A stretch of DNA of 63,837 bases, the filler included, from Rhabdomonas costata (lineage: Eukaryota), in NCBI GenBank assembly GCA_019059605.1. It is 26 parts of 26 records of this genome, joined end to end, with 100 filler letters (N's around TTAATTAATTAA, not from the genome) between each part and the next. Parts side by side here need not be neighbours in the genome. Positions count along the whole stretch, not along the records: positions 12,302 to 14,644 come from JAHMHO010003816.1; positions 14,745 to 17,104 come from JAHMHO010003817.1; positions 17,205 to 19,563 come from JAHMHO010003818.1; positions 19,664 to 22,023 come from JAHMHO010003819.1; positions 22,124 to 24,483 come from JAHMHO010003820.1; positions 24,584 to 26,942 come from JAHMHO010003821.1; 20 more parts are not named here. One strand, 5' to 3'. The notes under the pieces are model-generated. The model ran no database searches. It was not told the origin of the DNA and was given only the letters and a program-made list of their open reading frames with translations. Each line of letters opens with the position of its first letter. The first letter of the stretch is position 1. Shown here in pieces: positions 12,921-24,680 of this stretch. Made by a program: the position numbers and the translations under genes.

Positions 12921-14744
12921 AGTTGGCGGATCGAGACCAACGAGCGCCAATCAGAGTGGTGATGCTGCAAACTCCTACCTCTCGTACCGAAGGACACAGC
13001 GGAGCGTCGTCCAATAATCTCTAAGTACCAACTGGTACTGCTGCTTGAAACCAGATGCCACCAGCCCTCTACGACTCTGTGTTGGAAATGGGCACCATGA
13101 TTGTGATGGTTCCGGGAGTTTTGCCACACCACCTGCCAACGGCACACCAAGAGCAATCTGACACCGGCCACGTCTGAATACGTCTTGTGTCGTCGCTTGG
13201 ACTTTGTAGTGTCTGTGGGGTTAAACGTTCGCTCTAAAGCGCAGCGCTCCATTCAGACATTGAAATAGGAAAAATTTTAAAACTTTTCAAAAGCAGCTGA
13301 AAAGCAAGTTATTAGCAGGAAGTTTTCAGAAGGCACTGCGGGCTCGTATAAATAACTTGTCTATTGCGAAATCCCGCATTAACCACTCGATCCGCTACCA
13401 TACGTTGTCCCTCTCGACAACGCCTTAGCATTGTGATAGCTTTCAAGTCACCTAGGTAATGGAGTTTCTTTCCAATGGTGATGGCATAGTATAGCCTTTC
13501 TTCAACTTCACTCACTTCCCACTTCACTTGCAGCTTCTCAACCCTGTGTAATCTTTGTCGAAGACTCTCGGTAGCAACCTGTTACTTCTTCAGACACTCT
13601 AGGTAGCCTCTAAAACTCCTTTGAGGAGTACTCAAACACGTTTACTCAGCAACTTGTATTAACACCATCACATAACTACTTGCATCTTCGCTTTTTGCGC
13701 ATCTAATTACCACAAAGTGGACATTCAAGCCTTCTCTTAAACATTAAACTCAACCACCTTATACTTTACAACTTCGCTTGATCGAGAACCTTGCGCTTCA
13801 CACATTTCCTGCGGACTCCGCTTGCTGAGACTAATTTGTCGTGGGTCTTCTGCCGCGCTTAGCCAACCTCGCAGGGTACTTGAAGTGAAAATGTGCCAGT
13901 AGCAACCCCAGTGCTATCTATCACAAAATACACTCTAACATGCTTCCCATTCGGCTTTCAGATAGAGTTGCGTCACAGCCAAAAAATACCAATCCTCAAA
14001 GCGTCCGCAATTTTGTCCCAAGACGTACGAACCACCACAAAACAAAACAAGTTATTCTGCACTTCCGTGATATAAAAAGAAAGACAACATCTAGGATCTC
14101 ACTCATCGTTCTTCGTTAGTGGTTACCTTTATCGCTCTCATACTATTTTGCTTGATCTTCTTGATCTTCTTGAATTCGTTGATTTGTTGTTGATGGGCTC
14201 CTTCTTCACGCTGTCCTAAAATAGATCTCCTCGCACATTTTGAAAAGAAACTTGGAGAAGAACATTCCCTCGAACCTCTCTCCGCTGCACACACATATTG
14301 GTCCACTATTGAACTCACGCCTTCCACCGCTGCACTCTTCGTCTGATTCAATTGTATCAACACATTGCCTCTCTTTTCTTTATGGAATTCACCAAAACTC
14401 CACGAATATTCTCGAGCCACAAATGCACGTATTTTCTCTTTTCGAAAACCTAGGTGGTCTAGGCCGTGGCACCCTCCTTGTCTTGGACCAATCCATTACA
14501 ACGGCACCATTTCCACTATTTCCAATATAAAACAGCAATTCTCTACAGGTTGATACATCCGCTCTTCTCTCATGTTGTTTTGGGTTTTTCACACCGCATC
14601 ATCTAAACCCCACTCTCTGAAACAAAACTGCTCGATAGCGTTATNNNNNNNNNNNNNNNNNNNNNNNNNNNNNNNNNNNNNNNNNNNNTTAATTAATTAA
14701 NNNNNNNNNNNNNNNNNNNNNNNNNNNNNNNNNNNNNNNNNNNN

Positions 14745-15630
14745 GCGGCCCCACCACACCTGCCAAAAATCATCATGTCATACATCCAAAAGTGGCGATA
14801 GACTCGTACATGAATCGTGAAAAGCGCAAGCACAAAAGGGCCGCAAAAGAACGGCTTCATCCCATTGGCGTCCCAGCGGGGTATCATGCCGATTTCCTGC
14901 CGATGACTGGGTCAAGCTTTGGTCCCAAACAAACCTTCGGTCTTGGCTTCCGGGTTTCCTGCCGGAGGAGCCATTCCGGGTGCTGGTTGGCGTATTCCTT
15001 TTCGGCGCCTACGCCCTCGTTTCTCAAAATTCTGCTTCGGGGGAAATGCCTAGGATCCCCTGTGCCGTGCTGGGCGTGTGTCCCACGTCCGGCATGAAAG
15101 CGCCCACTTTGCGAAAGTCCTGTCGGGAGCGGCCCCCTGCGAGCCACGCCGTTGTTCCACCCCATGCCGTTTTGGAGGACACGTAGACCGACAACTCCAA
15201 AATATTGTCATCTGCCGAAACTTTTTTTTTGGAAGCGAAAGGTAAAAGCGAAAGGTAGTCCAAACCGAATGGGGGCGCGGTGTGCCGAACGCACGCGGGA
15301 CGGATTTTGCCTGACAAACCGTTCTCATTCCTTTCCCGATTTACCTCAGCGGCAGGCAAAGGTGCGGAAACGACACAATTCCCCGGACGGGAAGGCAGGC
15401 CAGTAAAGAAAGGAGGCGAAGAACGCGGGAAACACGCCGCGCACCAGCAAGGCAGCGAAGACACCCAACAGCAAGCACACCACGCAAGGCTGGCATTTTT
15501 TGCCGGAAATTCTTGGTCATGGTTCTTGGTCTTGCACCCCTGGCCGCCATCCCAATGTCGCACCCAAATCCTCTGTTTCGAGCCACCGCAGTGTTTTCTT
15601 GCGTGCACGGCATTTGGTTGCACCCCTTGA
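14745..15630 (+). mobile_element. Possible decayed non-LTR retrotransposon 3' region (zf-RVT-like)
   Basis: Frameshifted peptides DWVKLWSQTNLRSWLPGFL..FRVLVG...PCAVLGVC and AVFSCVHGIWL resemble the post-RT region of L1-like elements. Weak. Confidence 0.22.
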
Positions 15631-16505
15631 CAAGGAGTTCATCGCAATGAGTACAGTGGTACAAAAAGTCTGCAACTGAGTGAGCCTCAGAGCCTGATAA
15701 CAATTGCAGTATTCCAAATGGAATGGTATCAGTGGAATTGTATCAGTTTGCCCTTTTTCCTTGGTTCTCTTCATCACGCTCAAAAGCCTCCAAAAACTAC
15801 ACGTTGGAAAATGGAATCCCAAGGAAGACATTCACAACATTACAGCTGAGAATTTGGCAATGTGCCACATGGTCCTAAACGAGAACCGAAAGAGAAACGA
15901 GAAAGAAAGTGAGGATACATGGGGATACAAAAACAAACACGAAACGACAAGCACCGCAAGTCGAACACACTAATGAGTATTTAACGATGATAAAAACCAA
16001 CTGCAAGCAGAGGGAAAGGGACAAGCCCACTCTTTGTCATCGCAGTTGGTAACACAGGCGATTCTCGCACTTTCAAAGATCATAGGCTGAGGATGAGTGT
16101 GTCGCCCATGCTCTTCTGAAGAAAAAAGCAAAGGTCTCTGCCACAACTCTCTGTGTCAACCTTCAATCATGCGAATCATGCGGCACATGTGATGAACCGG
16201 AAGCGACCCAAGCAAAAAAATGACCGTTCCGGCTCTTTGCAAAAAAAAAAACCGATCGTGGAGAATTCTCCTTCCCATCCCTTTTTTTTTAGTGCAAATC
16301 GAAGATAACAGATGAGACACTTTGACATCCGGAAACGCGAGAAACAGTTTTCCAACACCCCAGAAAACCACCTAACTAACGTGTAGTGATTGTTCCGTGA
16401 CAAAGAAGAGAGTACTCGCCTTATGCCTGTACAAAAACGGAGTGTATATGAAGTTGAAAAAGCAAGGGTAATAGGACGCTGGAAGAGGGACCGGCGGAGA
16501 AGCAC

Positions 16506-16789
16506 CTAGCAAAAATCAAGGCGGCTGCGGGGTCCCCCGCCCCCACAGAGTCGGCGGCCATGCTTATCAGGGAGACATCGGCGAGAGGGCTGGCCCTCTT
16601 CGCGGTGCTTCCCATGGCCAGCGAAGTGGAGCGCGTGGGGGTCGTGCCGCTCAAGGGGAGGGCGGAGGGCATGGAGCTGCTCAGCACGCGCTGCACATCG
16701 TTCAGCTGCTGCCGGGCCAAGGTCTGGAGCTGCCGCAGCGGAAGGGCCGCGCTGTAGCTCAGCGACAACCATGAAGCTGCACCGCCAGG
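16506..16789 (-). CDS. Internal exon of an unknown protein
   Basis: CAG acceptor, GT donor and strong GC3 in frame PGGAASWLSLSYSAALPLRQLQTLARQQLNDVQRVL. Confidence 0.55.
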
Positions 16790-17206
16790 CTGCACGACAC
16801 GGTGCATGCACATGACAAGATCGAGGAGTTTGACAGTAATTGGAGTCCAAGTTAACATTCTCTCTTGACCAACGTTTCCAGACCAATGAGTGTTACGGTG
16901 ATCCGAGCGATCCGACTCCCAAACGGTATGTCTTTCCAATCTACTTTCAGAAGTTGGGGATGTATAGTGCTGAGCGAGTCATCACAACTTCGTGTAGCCA
17001 TGAGGCAACGAGGCGGACAGGATGGGCAGGAATATATTTCTATTTTCTCTTTGAAGCTCTGACTTCTGTTAGAAAAAATAGAAATATATTCCTGCCCAAC
17101 CACCNNNNNNNNNNNNNNNNNNNNNNNNNNNNNNNNNNNNNNNNNNNNTTAATTAATTAANNNNNNNNNNNNNNNNNNNNNNNNNNNNNNNNNNNNNNNN
17201 NNNNTT

Positions 17207-17256
17207 GTTGTAAACTATATCCCCTTCGGAAGAGCGAAGAGCGTATAGTTTACAAC
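17207..17256. repeat. 13-bp perfect inverted repeat (hairpin)
   Basis: GTTGTAAACTATA (17207-17219) and TATAGTTTACAAC (17244-17256). Confidence 0.8.
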
Positions 17257-17473
17257 GTCTACTTACAAAGGTATGCAAAAGTATTACAAAAGCGCCTTCT
17301 GCTTTTTGATCGGACTCGGGTCGTAATTCCACTCCTATGGCGGCTCACAGAGAAAAAAGAGCTTGAATCCTCATTCCACATCGAATTAGAGAGCCGTGCC
17401 GTGAACCCAGCACGCACCAGCCTCCTCCCCATATCTCACCCTCTTACTCCGCAGCTGTCCTGCAGGAGCATAC

Positions 17474-19133
17474 CGGGGGACATATGCAGTACGTGGGCTT
17501 CCCCGCAGCGGAGCCTTCCCCTGTAGTGTGGCCCTCCGCCGTGCCCAGGCGAGTGTGGGCCCAGACGCAGGTCCCGGTGCCGGAGCAGGGGCACTGGTGG
17601 CACTCGCAGGAGGTGGTGGGGTCCGGGGGGCTCAGCGGGCAGAAATCCGTGTACCTTCGCCCCACAGCACAGCAAAGAGATCAGAGATGGAGACATGATA
17701 TGACACATTTATGCGACTGTAGCGGCACAAAAAAACAGGAAACGCTTTACAATTGCCAACTCAGTGGTGGATATTCAGCCATGTCCGATAAAAGATGTCT
17801 CTCAAATCCGGAACCAGAACCCATTCCTGCAGGAATATTACCAACGGCTCGGTTTTGCTCTCATTCTTCTCCCTTGCTCACGAGTCTCTCATGGGTAATT
17901 CTGCCCTCACACCATTGTTTCGCGCAACCACACTATTTCTGCTGGCTCGACTGTAGCTATTTTCTTTTCGCACAGAAACCCACATACACAAAGCTAAACA
18001 GTGTGGACGAGCCGAAATATCCGCAGACGTTTCTCCAGGTCATGCCTGTTCGGCACTTGGCTACCACTTAGGAGGGATGTGGAAAATTGTCGTGGGTGTT
18101 CTTTCTTGTGTGAATCAAATGCACTACGCTGAGGTAATGCACCTCCTCTTAAGAACCCAACAATGCATTTTTGCATTCTTCAACCTGCCCCCATTGTTAC
18201 CCCAACTCCAGGGACCCTAGACTTCACATCTCTCTGAATCTCTCTGAATAGTATCTGGGTGGTATTTAAACTTTCACAAACATGCTCACAAGAGAAGGTG
18301 GCCGGCACGAGCTTCCCCACCAATTTTTTGAAGAGCACGTACCAGCGCGGAGCATTTGTTGGTGCCAAGTGAGGGATCGGTGACGAGGGGGAGCGGAGCA
18401 TACGTGAAGGTCACTCCAGGGGAGGGCTGGGAGAACGTTTCTCCGCCGTTGGGTGACAGCACCACAAACTGAGGCTCGTACAGCAGGCTGCCACGGCTTG
18501 CCAGCCCTGGGCTCACGCAGGTGACCTCTGTCGAGCTGACAACTGTGGCCTGCGGATTGCAGCGCAGTGCAGTGAGGAGGGCAGAGGTGTGTGGTGCCAC
18601 ATCTCCCAAATCACACCACCAGAAAAACGGCAGCGATGGTCACACTATGCACCTGAGAAATGTCTGCGCAAATCGCATGGATCATCAAAGGTGACCTACG
18701 CTGCCGGGCAGCCTCTTGCTTCTTTGCCATACTTCTCCTAATTACACAACGGATTCCCCAAATTCCCGCGGGAGTGTCGCCTCCCGCTTTCTTAGTAAGC
18801 TATAGCTGATGCTGGCTTCTCAATGTAAGCACTGCCATTAATGAACATAGACGGAACGATGCGGAGGCAGTTCCGGGCGATTATCGAACAAACGCTATCC
18901 CCAGCAAGACATACCTCATACAAATGATACAAAAATGGCCATGGGTTGGTTAAGAGAGAATGCAGAATGAGAATGAAGCGTTTAAGAAAGCCCTTGCCCC
19001 CATCACCACCCACCTAAACGTTTCATAAAGCAATAGTTACCTCCACTGCGGCCGCTTTGGGGCCCCCGAAGTGGCAGAAGTTCTTGCGGGTGTTCACAAA
19101 CCCATGGCCCGTCAAAGTCACCGTGGTGCAGCC
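17474..19133 (-). CDS. IPT/TIG plus EGF-like surface protein, partial (exons 19041-19133, 18404-18549, 17474-17654)
   Basis: GCTTVTLTGHGFVNT..FCHFGG-ATVVSSTEVTCVSP...VLSPNGGETFS...FTY is a typical IPT/TIG repeat. It is followed by Cys-rich CPCSGTGTC...CICPP. Phases are consistent. Confidence 0.8.
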
Positions 19134-19363
19134 CTGTTGCCCATGACCACTCAACAAACATCCCTCATCCACACCGGTACGCCAAGTCCCACATCCTCAG
19201 CATGTCTGCCTCCCAACGCGCGACAGTTTCCCAACAAGACTTGACACGAAAAAGAAAAAATCGCCGGAAAGACGAAAAAAAAAAGATGACGTATACTGCG
19301 AAGAGAACACAGGTATCTCAGGCTTTCACCCCATGACAATGCAGACTTCAACCGTGTCCTGTG

Positions 19364-19540
19364 TGCGGCTCGCCCGGGATCAGCGCACCCTCTTCTCTTT
19401 TGCTCGAGCCCAGAGCTGGTGTTCCAGGTGTGCACAGATCTGAAACACCACCGCCGGAGTAACATCCGCGCAGCGCCCAACGCACGCCGCATTCTCGCGG
19501 CTCTTGACATGCCTCGGGTTTCCCGAAGACGCACAGACAT
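19364..19540. repeat. Dispersed repeat, copy 2 (upstream of IPT/TIG exon, probably intronic)
   Basis: Homologous to 3865-4023, in the same orientation relative to the host gene. Confidence 0.8.
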
Positions 19541-20425
19541 GCAACGTGCATGATATCAACAACNNNNNNNNNNNNNNNNNNNNNNNNNNNNNNNNNNNNN
19601 NNNNNNNTTAATTAATTAANNNNNNNNNNNNNNNNNNNNNNNNNNNNNNNNNNNNNNNNNNNNGTCATGGTCAATGTTGGGGCATATCGGTACTTTGTCA
19701 TAGGGAGTTCATTGCTGCCGGGACGAATTTTCAACATTGACGTATTGGGGTGAAAGGGGGGTGTTCAATATGTTTTGCAAAACGTTGTGGCTGTCGCCAT
19801 ATAAAGAGCGCTTCTCCCTCTACTGCACAATGGCAGTGCTCTACGAGAGAGGAAAGACGTTATTAGGCTGAACAGCAGCACATGCGTCACAAGTCCCGTC
19901 GCTTTTCTTCCCGTTGCGGGCTCTCGGCCCACCCACGACCATTCCTACGTGTCAAACACATACCCAGTTGCTCTTGAGGTTCTTTTTACGCAACGCCGCC
20001 GTCATGTCACGCGCCTCCCTTTCGCCAGAACTTTTTTCAGACAAAGTGCGATCACATTTGTTTTCATTTTCGTCGCAATCGGCTTCCGAATTCCCCTATG
20101 TAGTTCTGCTTCTCTCCGGTTCACGTTTTGCTTCCTGCTTCGTTGTGTAAACGCTGTACGTTAAAGCTGCTGCACCACAACTGTGGAAAGGAATGTAAAA
20201 GTCCGAAAAGATTGAATTCATATACCATATAGAAGGCCCCCCCCCCAAAAAAAGCGTGCTTGTCCCTTGGAGGCTCCACGTATCTAAAAGTGCCGCCTTT
20301 TCCCAGCGCAGCGGATTTCTTCCGACGGCACATTCAACGTACACTATGGAATCGTCACCAAGGCGTGTATCCCGACTACACCACACCATACAAAGGGAAG
20401 CAACGCCATCGCCAAGCAAATAAAC

Positions 20426-21571
20426 CTTGAAGCTGACATTGGCCCCACCCTTGAGCAGGGCGGTGGTGAACTCCGGCATCTCGTGCTTGGCAGCCTCGTG
20501 AAGCAGCGTAGTGCCCGTGGCTGGGTCAAGGACATGGTTAGGGTCCATGGCTTCACAAGCGAAGGTGGGCTCGGCCAGCAAAGCACAGACACGGTCGTTG
20601 CGGGTGGCCACGGCCACGGCCAAGGGCACCAGCCCGGAGGCATCCTTCGAAGAAAGCCACAGGGCTCTTGGAAGAGCGGCGGTAGGTGAAATTTCACATT
20701 TGTGCGCTGCCACTCACTGCTTGCGCCCGTTTTAATGCATAGCCCACGGCCACAACCTAAACCTGTGTTCTCAACGAAGACGCCAAACACGCACGCACAG
20801 GTTTAACAATTACCGCAATGGCGGCGCTGGCTCCGGACTGAAGAAGGGCCTCCAAGGCCTCCGCACTGCCGCTGAGGACGGCGGTGTGGACGGATGTCCT
20901 CCCCTCGGAATCCTAAACGAGCACGCAAAAAGAAAACGAGAGGCACAGAAAGATCTGTCAGCACGCAAACTCTCACACATCCCACTCTGTTTCTGAATGA
21001 AAAGGGACTCCCGGACTTCCGGCGCTGTCCCTGTGACCTTCCATCGATTTTCGGTGTGTCTTACTCAAATGGAGCAGTAATCGGGATGAATCGCCTCCCC
21101 CCTCCGCCGTCCACTCTGATCAGTCAGGAAATGGGCTAAAGGCACCGTATGAATGGAGAGGAACTCTGTGGGAACGGTAGATGAGGGACAGCAGAAATCA
21201 GTGATGGGAGCTCACTGGTGTGGCATCGGCATAGAACACGAGAAAAAAGTTGTGGAGGCAACAACTCGCGAACAAAACGAGAAACAAGAGCCTATGGTGC
21301 TGCAAGACTCTCCTCTCCCCAAAAGGGTAAGCCCCCCCCCCTATTCAAAAGGTTCTAACTTTCCTAGATGGCTAACTGATGCAGGCCTGGGGTCATTTTA
21401 TGCATAGATGCCGGATACCCAAGAGTCACAAGCATCTCAACTGCCACCGCTCGCAGGCCCACACAGAACCACCTGAAGGTCCAGGTTGGCCTTCGCGGAG
21501 AGGAGAGACTGCCAGGCCTCCACCCACTTCTTCTCCAGGGCGAGGTGAAGGGCAGCTTTGCCCGCTAAGTC
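20426..21571 (-). CDS. Ankyrin repeat protein, partial (exons 21473-21571, 20814-20912, 20426-20644)
   Basis: DLAGKAALHLA...ANLDLQ, DSEGRTSVHTAV..., DASGLVPLAVA..., TGTTLLHEAA...LLKGGANV. Phase-0 GT-AG introns. Confidence 0.88.
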
Positions 21572-22971
21572 CTGCAAAAGGATGGGCGTCCAAAAAGCTG
21601 TGTGTGCGTGCGTGGGGGGAGGGGAATGGGCATGCTTGTAAGTAGCTGCGTGTTTGCATGAATGGGTGCATGGTGAATGAGACATGGAAGCCGCGAAGAG
21701 AGGGGGCGAAAATAAGGTTATGCCAACGGTGAAGTGGAAGACTAATGTTTTCAACACAACAAAAATTCTTGAGGGCAAAGTCGCAGGCCCAGGGCTCTTC
21801 TCTGCGCAAGTGACCTCCGCCCTGATGCCGGTGTCCACCCCTGCCCCTAGGCGCCAATTGCTTCTTAGAACTGTGCCGCTCCTTTCCACAGCGCAGACCG
21901 AGAATTCGCACCGTGCAAAGCCATTGCGCCACGCACAGCAAGAACCAGTCACCCGCACTGAACACCAACAGACGATAAGACCAGAAGCGGACGATGTTTG
22001 CATATGTGTGCGTGCCTGGGCATNNNNNNNNNNNNNNNNNNNNNNNNNNNNNNNNNNNNNNNNNNNNTTAATTAATTAANNNNNNNNNNNNNNNNNNNNN
22101 NNNNNNNNNNNNNNNNNNNNNNNTTTGTTGTGTTTGGGATGCATGGCTGAAAAAAGGGGTTTGACTGGAAGAAGGCACGCGAATTTTTTGCAATGGCGGA
22201 AGAGAAGTCAGAAGCGTGCCGCAGTATCAGGATGGTCCATACACTCAATAAGCACAGCGGTGGCCCACGGAAGTCTCAACAATGAAAAATTTAGGCCATT
22301 TTGTGAAGGATTGTCCACGGTCACAGGGTAAGAAACCCTCGCCATCACGCCATCGTGCGCCAATGCTTTCGGACACCTGTAAACTCCGGGCTGGGCGGGA
22401 CAGGCGAGTGGGACAAAGCCTCCGGCTCGTACGCCAACTATCAGTTACTTTGAGCCACATCGCTTTGCATTTGAGGAACAGAGATAGAGTGTGCTGTGCG
22501 GACCCGGCGGACCCCCCTTCATCGCACTCCACCCTCCTCCTTCTAATTCCTTCCCATTTATTCAGGTCTCAGCCGCTGCAACCCACATATATATGTACGT
22601 CCACCAAATGAAAGCACCCAGAATCTTGGGCTTCGCTGCGCTCCGCAGACATCCTGGAAGGAGTCCTAGGGGACATGTAGATCGCACCCAACCCCCTGCA
22701 AATTCCGATTTAGGAATCCCACGGAGCACGGGCATGATGAAGGGGGAGGGGGGCAGAAATGAACTAGCAAACCAGCGGACTTCACTTCCAGTTACCCTTC
22801 CACTTAGCTTCCCAAGACAAAACCAAAAGGGTACGCCGCCACAGCCATCTATAGCCCGTTCGCATTTGCAGATTTCTGCCCCTTTCAAGAGAACCTGCCA
22901 CCGCCGGAAACGGGATGGCGGGACCAATAACGGGACCAATAACGCGCAAAGGAAGGAGAGGACAGCCAAAC

Positions 22972-23136
22972 CGCAGCTTTCGCGGCCGTGTCAAACTTGA
23001 CCAGCTGCTCGTCCTTCACGTAGTGAGCACCGTCGTCGCACCGCCACCCCTCGCCCTCGCGGTACCAGTTGTAGCTTTGCGAGCACTTCGCGATCTGCCG
23101 CAGCTTGGCTGCCAGTTTGAATTTTCGCTCGGCATC
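22972..23136 (-). CDS. Exon with a C-x(5)-W...G-W-R-C-x-x-G-x-H-Y-V motif, resembling the C-terminal Zn-like tail of CbbX/NFX1-type AAA proteins
   Basis: After a CAG acceptor: DAERKFKLAAKLRQIAKCSQSYNWYREGEGWRCDDGAHYVKDEQL. Confidence 0.55.
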
Positions 23137-24583
23137 CTGAGGAAGCGCCCAGGAAGGCAGAAAGGCAATAAAGTGAGTTATGACTCATAGTCATAGGATA
23201 CGCAACCCGAACTCCCCTCCGCACCCGTTACTCCACTCCTTGCCCACCGGTGGAAGAACACGAAAGCAAAGACGAACTCATTTCTTTTGTATCCTGTCAC
23301 TCACAAATGTTCTGTAGGCCGAAGAAGATGCGGTTCCAAACAAAATGTGGGCCTACGCCTGGAGAGCAAAAGCAACGGCGCCAACCAGGACGGATTCGAT
23401 GCGAGGGGCCTTCCTTTTCGCCTCATACGGCGGACCAAAGAACTGCGGTTGTGCTTTCACCTCTCTCTCAAATCTGAGTTGCCTTGGATAAAGGTATACT
23501 GCTTCCGTTCAGCTGCCGTTTTCCGATACGGGCACCTATAACAGTCTCAACCACGGCCACCATCCTTCCCCACCATCGCTTATCCATCTTCACATACCGG
23601 TGCACGACAGCCCGTCAGCAGGGCGGAGCCCTTAACCATCCCATGCGGCCGCACAGCGGGAGCGCTACGCAGAAAAAGGGAGAGTCGCTTGTGACATAGT
23701 GACATCACCCACCTCACATCCTCCAAAACTTCAGCGAAAACAAGCAATGCTCAACTCCTTGGTGTGCTACCCCATCAGAATGCACCATCTCGTCGCCGCC
23801 AGCTTCTCTTTCAACTTTGCCCGCAATCGAAATGGGACTTGGCCGAGGGGAGGAGGGTTTGTCTACCAAAGGGTTGAAAGGGTTAAAGGGTGAAACAAAT
23901 CCTAATTAGAAGATAAGCCGCCGTAAGACGATTGGTTTCCCACACAGAAAGCACGGCATTCAAAAAGCAGGGGACCTGTGAAACCTCTTGAAAACCGTTG
24001 GGAAGCCTCTGGGATTGCTGGCCACCTAACCTCGCAAAAGCACAGAAAATAAATGGCATACCTTTAGTTATCAACGTAGACAAAGTTATTATCTCTGAAA
24101 AAAACCATCCTTAATCCTTAAAAATGTATAAATGCCTGAAAAAAGAACACAGGCATCGCATCATAACCCTAGTAAGTTGCTGGGGCCCCCCAGACCACCA
24201 CCCCCTCTACCCCGGTGGTGTAGGCATACCTAACCCACCGCAAAGAAAATACTTTTGTCCCCGTGGGGCAGGTACGTAAATGTGCGCCGGATAAATATAG
24301 AACATTACGAGACTGAATTGCTGAATGGCCGGAAAGGCAAACAAAGGCGGATGAGAAAGAAAATTAGAAAAAGCGTTGCGATACTGAGGCCCCGAAACCG
24401 GGTGAGGTGGAATGGGAACCAAGAGCTTGCCGGGCCCGGTAGCAGGCGCCCGGGTAGCTCTTGGTTCCCATTCCACCACACCCNNNNNNNNNNNNNNNNN
24501 NNNNNNNNNNNNNNNNNNNNNNNNNNNTTAATTAATTAANNNNNNNNNNNNNNNNNNNNNNNNNNNNNNNNNNNNNNNNNNNN

Positions 24584-24680
24584 TTTTGATGGAACCGCAG
24601 CCATCCGTATCCCATTGCAGAAACAGCGCCTCGAAGTCCAGACCCCGGGCCTCCATCCTCTCACTATCCGCAAACCTCAC
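24584..24680 (-). CDS. EF-hand-containing exon, truncated by contig end
   Basis: LDFEALFLQWDTDGCGSIK contains a DxDxxG loop, after a CAG acceptor. Confidence 0.6.

Noticed and set aside
16560..16700. CHAT/caspase-like motif PHALHFAGHG in ORF 16506..16886
   Set aside because: The overlapping frame has the strong GC3 bias and stays open to the donor, while this frame stops at 16506 without the catalytic Cys motif. Probably chance.
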